Source: Rhodobacterales bacterium (lineage in GTDB: Bacteria > Pseudomonadota > Alphaproteobacteria > Rhodobacterales > Rhodobacteraceae). Taken from it: a stretch of 62,564 bases of DNA. Location of the stretch: contig JANPBI010000139.1 in NCBI GenBank assembly GCA_031430315.1, positions 1 to 62,564 of the forward strand. Direction: 5' to 3'. Under the pieces are notes generated by a model. It had not been told where the DNA came from and searched no databases. It was given only the letters and a program-made list of their open reading frames with translations. The translations under genes were made by a program, and so were the position numbers. Positions 56,101 through 62,564 of this stretch are shown piece by piece (positions within the stretch are counted from its first letter, which is position 1; every line of letters starts with the position of its first letter).

Positions 56101-56695
56101 TCTCCAGTTGGCGGCTGGCATTGGCATAGCTGGCATCCAGCGTGACCTGCCCCGATGGCCCGTCATCTGTGCGGATGAGATCCAGCTTGGCCTGACCCTG
56201 CCCGTCCACCAACGATAACGACGCACTCAACGACGCTTCGAAAGGCGATCCAAGTACGGGGGTCGCGAGGATAATCCGGGCTGCTGCAAGTCGCCCGATA
56301 TCAACCGAAACGGGCAACTCCGGCAGTTGGAAGCCGCGTGCTTCGGGGTCCGGCAAAGTGTCCTTTCCCGCATCAGGCAGGCGGTCGACGCGAATTTCCT
56401 CGGCCGTCAGCGCGCTGATCTCGACCCGCCCGGACAGCAGGGCAGACCGGCTCCAATCTAGGGTGACACCGCTTAGCGTGATCCAGACACCTGTCGCGTC
56501 GGCGATTGTCATTTCCTGCACCGTTGCCCGTGACGACAGCGCCCCGGCAAATCCGGTAATGATGACCTGTCGTCCGACATCGGACAGGTTGTCCTCAAGA
56601 TAAGCGGTCAGAAAATCCTTGTCGCTTTCCTGTGCGCGAAGCGGGGTCGCTGCCAGCAGGGAAAGCACCAGGAACCCTAGGACGACGCCGCGCAT
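53150..56695 (-). CDS. tamB: Translocation and assembly module protein TamB (DUF490)
   Basis: About 1181 aa with an N-terminal anchor (VLGFLVLSLLAATPL) and long beta-rich repetitive sequence. It sits directly downstream of tamA with a TGATG stop/start overlap. The ATG at 56695 is preferred over the TTG at 56698. Confidence 0.85.
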   Translation of the reverse strand: MRGVVLGFLVLSLLAATPLRAQESDKDFLTAYLEDNLSDVGRQVIITGFAGALSSRATVQEMTIADATGVWITLSGVTLDWSRSALLSGRVEISALTAEEIRVDRLPDAGKDTLPDPEARGFQLPELPVSVDIGRLAAARIILATPVLGSPFEASLSASLSLVDGQGQAKLDLIRTDDGPSGQVTLDASYANASRQLEIDLSVSESAGGIASTVLGLPGQPSVDLTVKGAGPTDDFTATVALKTDATDRVTGQFTLRGEGAGGTRFSTDLSGNFAPLLTPEYAAFFGDSVQLTADGVRANSGALVLDRLSFATEAMRLGGQMSIAADGQPLQLELNGDIALPDGSPVLLPLPGADKTRITRATLNLAYDAAKGDNWRLQSDVTDLQRQDITIGNLALNATGTIAPGDTGKLFTAEVQFSATDAAPTDPALARALGTTLSGEVSAQLLERHDYLDVTRLSLVGQGYELDANGRIGGLDTGLTLTGTSSADVEDLARLSGLAGRELRGAARIDMTGEGSPLAGSFDLTAEIDGTSLGIGQTEIDRLIANGAKVKLSARRDVTGTKLRDLTVAAASLTATAKGQLSSTQSNLTARVDFRDIAALDAAYRGALTLDADFAGTSQNGRLQLSGTGKGLALGQTELDGLLSGNSTITAELEVKDRVVMLTAARIENPQVSASASGRIDGGNRALTLQARLANLGLLLPDFPGPVTLSGTAADSGDGFQLDLRGKGPGQIDAALSGRLAQGGGSGDLRLTGTAQSGLANVFLRPRAISGPVAFDLRLAGPLQLGSLAGRVSVQGARFSDVELGVSLRDLDLLADISGGRANLTVGGALATGGRVSAKGDIGLVEPNNADIVITLDRAKLRNPDLFEAETSGSLRLAGPLAGGARLTGRIDIPTAEIRIPSSGLGSLGTLPEVQHIGDVSAVRETRRRAGLFGSSGAGTGTAASSGGPVYGIDVELVAPSRLFIRGRGLDAELSGRLRLGGTTANVIPSGQFSLIRGRLDILGKRLTLSEASLQLRGDFVPDLSIAASNQSDGITSTVRIDGPAGDPVVSFSSSPELPQEEVLARLLFGRGLQNISVLQAAQLANAVATLAGRGGDGIVGRLRKSFGLDDFDVTTDATGSTVLRAGKYISENVYTEVEIGQDGKSEINLNLDVRPGITVTGRVGEDGQTGLGVFVEKDY

Positions 56696-58536
56696 CAAAA
56701 GGACTGCCCCAGGCCAACATAGATCTGCACCCCATTGCCGGTGTTCCCCCCGACAGGTGCGGCAAGATCGACCCGAATTGGGCCAAGCCCGGTGTCATAA
56801 CGCAGCCCTAGTCCGGCCCCGGCATGCCAGTCGCCTTGTGTGAAAAGGCCGTCCGTCGATACTTGCCCTGCATCAAGAAAGCCAACAAATCCAAGGCGAT
56901 CGCCGATCTTTGTCCGCAGTTCCACCGAAGCGGCCAGGAATTGCGTGCCACCAACCCGGTAGTCGGGATTGACGCCATCCGACACCGTGATCCCAAGCGA
57001 CTGATAGGGCTGCCCCCGCACCGTGCCGCCCCCGCCCGAATAGAACAGGTCGTCGCGCGGGACCTCTAGCAGGTCGGCCCCAAAGATTGCTCCGCCTTGC
57101 AATCGCGCGGCCAGAACCACACGGTCGTCGGTGCCGAAACCGCGGTAGCCGCGTCCGTCAAAGGTCAGCCGCAGGCCCGATCCGGTAGTTCCAAACCCTA
57201 GAAATGTTTTTGCCTCGGCATCAAGGAAAAAGCCGCGCGTCGCATTCTTGGGATCATTCCTGCGGTCCCAGGTTGCCCCTATCGGCAAGGCAAGATTTCG
57301 ATAAGTGAAGCCGCCAGATCCGTCGCGCCCATCAATGAAGCTGTAGGTCAAGCCGATGCGCCCGGTCAGCTGATCCGAAAAGAAGTGCCGGAACGACAAG
57401 CCGAAATCGAAGGATTCCGCCGTATAGTCGGCCTCGTCCAATCGCGCGAGATTGCTTTCCAAGCGCGCTGTCGTGTCGCGCGTCAACGTCGCCGGACGGT
57501 CAATTGCCACACCCAGCCGGTAATCGACACCGCTTTCCTGCGCGCCGATATTGGTGATCGACCCTTCGACGGACAGACGCTCTCCGCCGCCGAGCAAGTT
57601 GCGATGAAGCCAGCTGCCGGTCAGCGACAATCCGTCCAGACTGGCAACTTCGGCACCAAACCGATACCGGCGCGGCTTTTCGTGCACCAGGATCGCCGTT
57701 ACACCAAGGATGTCGGGGGCGGTAACCGCCTCGTCCTCGACCAGGGATACCGACGAAAAGATGCCGGTTCGGCGCAGGCGATCCGCAGCCCGGCGCAGTT
57801 CATCGGGACTGTAAACCGCCCCGGCAGGCAAGCCGGCGATCTTGCGGATGCGTTGTTCGCGCATCGGACCCGCCCCATCAATCGCCAACACGCCAAAGCG
57901 CAGGCGTGGCCCGGGTTCGATCTTGATATCGGCGGCGAGCGTCTGGTTCGGGTGGTCGGCTGTGATGGACTGGTCCGCGACAGTGGCCTTGGCCCGCCCG
58001 TCTGCGCGCCATCCGTCAATGCCGGCAGTGGCGGCCTCTGTGACCAGGCCGCTATCGGCCCGCGCACCGGTTTCAAAGCCTTTAGGCAAGACCGTTCCGG
58101 AGGCAAGAGGTGCGATGCGAGCAGTCGAAAATCGAAAGACTGGACCTGGATCCACGATGACCACGATCTTGCCGATCCGCGCCGGTGCATCTAGCGGTGC
58201 GATACCCGCTGCTTCGCGCCCGTCGATCAAGATCCGGATCACTCCGGAATAGTGGCCCGACGCGTAAAGCACTGACAGCAGACGGGCATAATCCGCCCGC
58301 GCCGCTGCAAACAGCTCTTGGGCAGTGTGACCTGCATCCGCCTCGGTCTGCAAAAGCAAGGATGATTGCCGCAACTGGTCTTTCAAGTCGGAATCGCCAG
58401 CCTGGACCTCGAAATCTACTTGTCCCTCGGCCGTCACCGAAGTCACCATGACAGCAGACAAGGCGAACAAGGCCAAGACCAAACTGTTGGCCTGGCTGAA
58501 GCTGGTTTTGCGCAATTCAACCCTCGGGATTTTCAC
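56695..58536 (-). CDS. tamA: Outer-membrane assembly protein TamA (Omp85/BamA family)
   Basis: 613 aa with a GTG start and signal peptide. POTRA-like N-terminal half and a beta-barrel ending in the typical aromatic terminus (GVQIYVGLGQSF). Confidence 0.85.
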   Translation of the reverse strand: MKIPRVELRKTSFSQANSLVLALFALSAVMVTSVTAEGQVDFEVQAGDSDLKDQLRQSSLLLQTEADAGHTAQELFAAARADYARLLSVLYASGHYSGVIRILIDGREAAGIAPLDAPARIGKIVVIVDPGPVFRFSTARIAPLASGTVLPKGFETGARADSGLVTEAATAGIDGWRADGRAKATVADQSITADHPNQTLAADIKIEPGPRLRFGVLAIDGAGPMREQRIRKIAGLPAGAVYSPDELRRAADRLRRTGIFSSVSLVEDEAVTAPDILGVTAILVHEKPRRYRFGAEVASLDGLSLTGSWLHRNLLGGGERLSVEGSITNIGAQESGVDYRLGVAIDRPATLTRDTTARLESNLARLDEADYTAESFDFGLSFRHFFSDQLTGRIGLTYSFIDGRDGSGGFTYRNLALPIGATWDRRNDPKNATRGFFLDAEAKTFLGFGTTGSGLRLTFDGRGYRGFGTDDRVVLAARLQGGAIFGADLLEVPRDDLFYSGGGGTVRGQPYQSLGITVSDGVNPDYRVGGTQFLAASVELRTKIGDRLGFVGFLDAGQVSTDGLFTQGDWHAGAGLGLRYDTGLGPIRVDLAAPVGGNTGNGVQIYVGLGQSF

Positions 58537-58633
58537 GAGTTACTATCGCAGGTCAACCAGTCCACGGCAACGCACTGGTCGCGCGCAGCGGCGGAATTCG
58601 CCACCTGATGCCAACCACAACAACACAACGCCG

Positions 58634-59911
58634 CTACTGCGCCGCCAGTTCCCGTGACGGCAGCAACATCTGCTCTGTCACCGATGACAGCGCCAGCGCA
58701 GCCGCCCCGTGGGCCCACAAAAGGTCCCCCCAGGCGTGAATCTCGATGGGCGGGCGAGGACGGCCGGAATGGATGACCAAATTGTCCATCTCGGCCAGGG
58801 TTTCGGCCGCATAGAGGTAATCATAGCGCATCCGCTCTCCAGACAGGATGATCAGCGCTGGGTCGAAAAGGTTGATCACGTTTGACAGGCCGACCGCCAG
58901 GTACCGCCCTGCACGGCGAAAAATCGATCGTGCCGTCGCATTGCCCGCCTTGGCATGGTCGTACAGGCTTTCCAGCAGGATGCCGATGCTTTGCCCCTCT
59001 TTATGGCCCCAGTTCAGCGCAGTTGTGGCCTCCCGGGCCAAGGCGTAGTCGGCGACATAGGCCTCCAGACACCCCCTCTGGCCGCACCGGCAAAGGGCAC
59101 CGTCAAGCTGCACCTTGGTATGGCCCAGCTCCATCCCCAGCCGCTGAGCCCCACGATAGATGCGGTGGTTCATCACAAAGCCCATGCCAACGCCATGCTC
59201 GATTGTAACCACCGCGAAATCGGAAAGGCCCCGTCCTGCACCGAACCAAAGCTCGGCCAGGGCGACCAGATTGGCATCGTTGTCGATGAATACGGGCAGG
59301 CCAAGGCGCGCTGCTGCCGCCGCCGCCAATGGAACCGACCGCTCGATCAGCGTCGACGACCACAGCACGACGCCTTCGGCACAGTCAACGAAACCTGGCA
59401 AGCCGATACCCACGGCGGAAAGTTCCGAACACGACATCCCGGCCTTGGCGCAAACACGTTCCAGAAGCACGACGATTTCGTCCAAAAGCTCTTGCAAGGA
59501 CATCGGCCCCGGACGTCTGGGAATGACATCGTCGGAAATCAGGTTCCCGGCAAAATCCACGATGACTGCCGTATGTTCGCGGTCCGAGATTTTCATCCCG
59601 GCCACACGACACGCGTCAGCCCGCACGCCCAATGCGACGGCAGGACGACCGCGACCCGCATCACCGTCACGCGCCGCCGCGACTTCCTCGATCAGGCCTG
59701 CCTCGATCAGTTCCGATGTCAATGTGGTGACCGAAGCCGGGCTAACCCCCAGTTCCTTTGCCACCTGGACCCGCGGGATAAGCCCGGCCGCACGCACACG
59801 TTCAAAAACCTGCTGGCGCAGCGGACGCAGAACTTCAGACAAAGGCGGAATCAGTGGACCGACGCCCTTGCGCGACTCTACCGCATCCTCACCAACCACA
59901 AGTCGGGCCAT
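58634..59911 (-). CDS. ROK family transcriptional regulator (XylR/NagC-like)
   Basis: 425 aa from the ATG at 59911. N-terminal HTH (RVQVAKELGVSPASVTTLTSELIEAGLI) and the ROK zinc motif CRCGQRGCLEAY. Divergent from xylF. Confidence 0.85.
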   Translation of the reverse strand: MARLVVGEDAVESRKGVGPLIPPLSEVLRPLRQQVFERVRAAGLIPRVQVAKELGVSPASVTTLTSELIEAGLIEEVAAARDGDAGRGRPAVALGVRADACRVAGMKISDREHTAVIVDFAGNLISDDVIPRRPGPMSLQELLDEIVVLLERVCAKAGMSCSELSAVGIGLPGFVDCAEGVVLWSSTLIERSVPLAAAAAARLGLPVFIDNDANLVALAELWFGAGRGLSDFAVVTIEHGVGMGFVMNHRIYRGAQRLGMELGHTKVQLDGALCRCGQRGCLEAYVADYALAREATTALNWGHKEGQSIGILLESLYDHAKAGNATARSIFRRAGRYLAVGLSNVINLFDPALIILSGERMRYDYLYAAETLAEMDNLVIHSGRPRPPIEIHAWGDLLWAHGAAALALSSVTEQMLLPSRELAAQ

Positions 59912-60125
59912 ATTCTTCGGTCTCCAAACTATTAATGACACAAAGCATGGTGAGACGAACCGGAAATGCTGCATGGCAGCGAAGTTTCGCATGAAGATAG
60001 AGCATACCTAAACTCTTGCGCAATTTTTATTTTGACAACTGAATTTAATATCGGCAATTTCGCACCGTACTGGCGAATCCGCCGGACCGGCCATGCGCTG
60101 GCCGATATCCATAGGGAGGATACTG

Positions 60126-61151
60126 ATGCGTACCGCAATTCTCGCCGCCATCGTGGCGGTGACTGGTTTCTCGTCGGCTGCGCTGGCAGAAGGCAAAAAG
60201 ATCGGCGTTTCTTGGGCACAGTTCCAGGAAGAGCGCTGGAAGATCGACGAGGCCGCCATGAAGGCTGCCATCGAAGCTGCTGGCAACGAATACGTCTCGG
60301 CGGACGCGCAGGCCTCTGCTGAAAAGCAGCTGTCGGACATCGACGCGCTGATCGCGCAGGGCGTAGACGCCCTGATCATCAACGCGTGGGACAAGGACGC
60401 CATCGGGCCGGCCATCGAAAAAGCCGCTGCCGAAGGCATTCCGGTCGTCGGCTATGACCGTCTGATTGAAGACAACCGCACGTTCTACCTGACCTTCGAC
60501 AACGTCGGCGTGGGCCGGAGCATCGCAGAATCAGTGTTCGCTGTTGCCCCCAAAGGCAACTACGCGATCATCAAGGGTGACCCCGGTGACCCGAACGTCG
60601 GCTTCCTGCGTCAGGGCATGGAAGAAGTCATCGGTGCTGCTGTTGCCTCGGGCGACATCGTCATCGTCGGCGAAGCGAACTCGGACGGCTGGAAGCCAGA
60701 GAACGCTCAGAAGAACATGGAGCAGATCCTGACCGCCAACAACAACGCCGTTGACGCCGTTCTGTCGCAGAACGACGGCATGGCCGGTGGTGCGGCTGCC
60801 GCACTGGCGTCGCAAGGCTTGAACATTCCGCTGGGTGGCCAGGACGGCGACCTTGCGGCCATCAACCGTGTGGCCCGCGGCACTCAGACCGTTTCGGTCT
60901 GGAAGAACGCCGTTGACCTTGGCAAGGCCGCTGGTGAGATCGCTTCGGCAATGGCAGACGGCGCGGCACTTGACGCCATCCCGGGCGCGACCAAGTTCTC
61001 GGGCGGCGAGAAGGGTGTCGAGATGAACGCGATCCTGCTCAACCCGACCCCGATCACCAAGGACACGCTGAACCTGGCGATCGACGCTGGCCACATCACC
61101 AAAGAAGCTGCTTGCGAGGGCGCCATGGAAGGCGTCGCTGCCTGCCAGTAA
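60126..61151 (+). CDS. xylF: D-xylose ABC transporter substrate-binding protein
   Basis: 341 aa from the ATG at 60126 (GGGAGGA RBS). Signal peptide AILAAIVAVTGFSSAALA and a type I sugar-binding fold (KIGVSWAQFQEERWKIDE, VDALIINAWD). Confidence 0.85.
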   Translation: MRTAILAAIVAVTGFSSAALAEGKKIGVSWAQFQEERWKIDEAAMKAAIEAAGNEYVSADAQASAEKQLSDIDALIAQGVDALIINAWDKDAIGPAIEKAAAEGIPVVGYDRLIEDNRTFYLTFDNVGVGRSIAESVFAVAPKGNYAIIKGDPGDPNVGFLRQGMEEVIGAAVASGDIVIVGEANSDGWKPENAQKNMEQILTANNNAVDAVLSQNDGMAGGAAAALASQGLNIPLGGQDGDLAAINRVARGTQTVSVWKNAVDLGKAAGEIASAMADGAALDAIPGATKFSGGEKGVEMNAILLNPTPITKDTLNLAIDAGHITKEAACEGAMEGVAACQ

Positions 61152-61164
61152 TCTAGGCGAACTT

Positions 61165-61194
61165 CCGGCGCTGCCCTGCTGTTGGCAGCGCCGG
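61165..61194 (+). other. Intercistronic GC-rich stem-loop between xylF and xylH
   Basis: CCGGCGCTGCC-CTGCTGTT-GGCAGCGCCGG, a perfect 11-bp stem 14 nt after the xylF stop. There is no clear U-tract, so it is more likely an mRNA-stabilising or attenuating hairpin than a full terminator. Confidence 0.5.
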
Positions 61195-61311
61195 TCCAAT
61201 TTCTAATGTAGATGGCGGGTGGCCTTGCGCGCTTTGTCTGGCGCAGTCGGACTACGGCAACGCCCGTCCGTGCAGGCTCAACCACATCCCTCTCTCTGGC
61301 TGGACGAGGAC

Positions 61312-62564
61312 ATGAGCAACACACCGCATTCCCCCGCAACCCAATCGGCCCCAGAGGGTGGGTTCGCCCGATTTCTTCGGGCAACAGAGATCGACCCGCG
61401 CCTTTTGGGAATGGTCGGCGCCCTGGTTCTGATCTGTGTGGCCTTCGAGGCTTATTCGACCTTTGTGCTCGGTCGTCCAAGCATGCTGCTGGGCGCGTCG
61501 CAGGCAGAAGCGAACGGCTTTTTGACCCCGCGCAACCTGTGGAACCTGTCGGTCCAGACCGCCTATATCGGCATCATGGCGACGGGGATGGTGCTGGTCA
61601 TCATCACCCGCAACATCGACCTTTCCGTCGGGTCGATCATGGGCATGGTCGGTATGTATATGGGCCTTTTGCAGGTCGATTACCTGACTCCGGCGCTTGG
61701 TCTTGGTCATCCGGCGATCTGGATTACGACAGTGATCTTCGGTATCGCGATGGGCGCGCTGATCGGGGCGTTTCAAGGGGTGATGATCGCGTTCCTGAAC
61801 ATTCCGTCCTTCATCGTGACGCTGGGCGGCCTCCTGGTCTGGCGGGGTGCCGCCTTCCTGGTCGCCGGCGGCAAGACAATCGCACCGTTGGACGAGTCGT
61901 TTTCTTTGATCGGTGGCGGGTCCTTCGGCGCGCTGGGCCGGACGGGCAGCTGGATATTCGCGGTCATCGCCTGCGTTTTCGTGGTCTGGGCATTTTTGAG
62001 CGGTCGCAAGTCGCGCAAGACGCACGGCTTTACGCAGCGCCCGGTCTGGGCCGAAACCTTCGTGATCGGCCTGATCTGTACGATCATCGTCGGGGCCACC
62101 GCGATCGTGAATTCCTACGTCTGGCCTCCGGGCAACATCAAGAAATACTACGACAAGCTGGGCGTGCCGGTGCCTGAGGGCGCAGAGTTCGGCCATGGCT
62201 ACGCTTACCCGGTGTTGATCCTGATCGCTGTTGCCATCTTCATGACCATCCTGATGACCCGCACACGCTTTGGCCGCTATGTCTTTGCCATCGGTGGCAA
62301 CCCCGAAGCGGCCGCCTTGTCGGGCATCAATACCCGCGCCATGACGGTCAAGATATTCGCGCTGATGGGTGGCCTGGCAGGAATCGCCGCCGTGATCGGT
62401 GCCGCGCGCCAGAACAGCGCCACCAACGCCATGGGCCAACTTGACGAGCTTTACGTCATCGCCGCTGCCGTTGTCGGCGGAACCTCTCTCGCCGGTGGGG
62501 TTGGGACGATCTACGGCGCAATCATTGGCGCACTGATCCTGACCGCACTGCAGACTGGCATGGT
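61312..62564 (+). CDS. xylH: Xylose/sugar ABC transporter permease XylH (3' end beyond window)
   Basis: Open frame from the ATG at 61312 to the window edge, so it is absent from the ORF track for lack of a stop. My own translation gives MSNTPHSPATQS ... ITRNIDLSVGSIMGMVGMY ... FIVTLGGLLVWRG ... RFGRYVFAIGGNPEAAALSGIN ... GGTSLAGGVGTIYGAIIGALIL, a typical polytopic ribose/xylose-type permease. Confidence 0.85.
   Translation, partial: MSNTPHSPATQSAPEGGFARFLRATEIDPRLLGMVGALVLICVAFEAYSTFVLGRPSMLLGASQAEANGFLTPRNLWNLSVQTAYIGIMATGMVLVIITRNIDLSVGSIMGMVGMYMGLLQVDYLTPALGLGHPAIWITTVIFGIAMGALIGAFQGVMIAFLNIPSFIVTLGGLLVWRGAAFLVAGGKTIAPLDESFSLIGGGSFGALGRTGSWIFAVIACVFVVWAFLSGRKSRKTHGFTQRPVWAETFVIGLICTIIVGATAIVNSYVWPPGNIKKYYDKLGVPVPEGAEFGHGYAYPVLILIAVAIFMTILMTRTRFGRYVFAIGGNPEAAALSGINTRAMTVKIFALMGGLAGIAAVIGAARQNSATNAMGQLDELYVIAAAVVGGTSLAGGVGTIYGAIIGALILTALQTGM

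Noticed and set aside
58955-60011. Plus-strand ORFs of 326 and 283 aa overlapping the ROK regulator
   Set aside because: They are antisense to a gene with a clear HTH and the ROK CxCGxxGCxE motif. Their translations are Arg/Pro/Ser-rich with no motifs.
59930-60125. Sigma-70 promoter and XylR operator in the AT-rich ROK / xylF intergenic region (TTGACA at about 60037, repeated GCAATTT)
   Set aside because: A regulatory region is plausible, but I could not find a -35/-10 pair with acceptable spacing or a convincing palindrome, so no specific site is called.
1-62564. CRISPR arrays, tRNA/rRNA genes, prophage or defence islands, long direct or inverted repeats
   Set aside because: Reading through all intergenic regions I saw no repeat-spacer periodicity and no cloverleaf-like or rRNA-like sequence. 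No integrase, nuclease or defence-type ORFs were seen either. Without computation, short or diverged repeats could have been missed.

Overview
GC-rich alphaproteobacterial chromosomal window. Gene content and synteny look Rhodobacteraceae/roseobacter-like, but that is an inference. Gene order, left to right:
- Part of a flagellar cluster: fliL, two small unknowns, motA, a 789-aa periplasmic unknown, a lytic transglycosylase, flhA, fliR, flhB and a small coiled-coil ORF.
- About 1.7 kb of decayed gene remnants.
- A myo-inositol catabolism locus: iolJ-like, iolB and iolC, divergent from two Gfo/Idh/MocA oxidoreductases, an IolE-like TIM barrel and a LacI regulator.
- An orphan wecE-type aminotransferase plus an unknown glycosyltransferase-like ORF.
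- mutS and an exported msrA.
- A class IV aminotransferase / PhyH dioxygenase / sulfotransferase-like trio, then a secreted alpha/beta hydrolase.
- argG and ilvA, then a divergent Hpt and response-regulator-PP2C pair.
- Nudix, hslO, CoA pyrophosphatase and cca.
- Two ABC half-transporters and an RNA methyltransferase.
- A peptidoglycan-related trio (YafK-like, CAP domain, L,D-transpeptidase) and a 59-aa exported peptide.
- hemH, a methyltransferase-fold protein, comF, grxC, a C-N hydrolase and marR.
- An SDR reductase coupled to a fused phosphoglycosyl-transferase/4,6-dehydratase.
- tamB and tamA, then a ROK regulator with xylF and a 3'-truncated xylH.

I saw no rRNA, tRNA, CRISPR array, intact IS element, prophage or recognisable defence genes. 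I found no clearly new multi-gene system. The best candidates for follow-up are:
- the PGT-dehydratase fusion with its coupled reductase;
- the aminotransferase/dioxygenase/sulfotransferase-like trio;
- the tiny signal-peptide-plus-tail-anchor peptide;
- the motA-coupled 789-aa periplasmic protein;
- the YafK-like/CAP/LDT group.

All functional calls come from reading motifs by eye. No searches were run.
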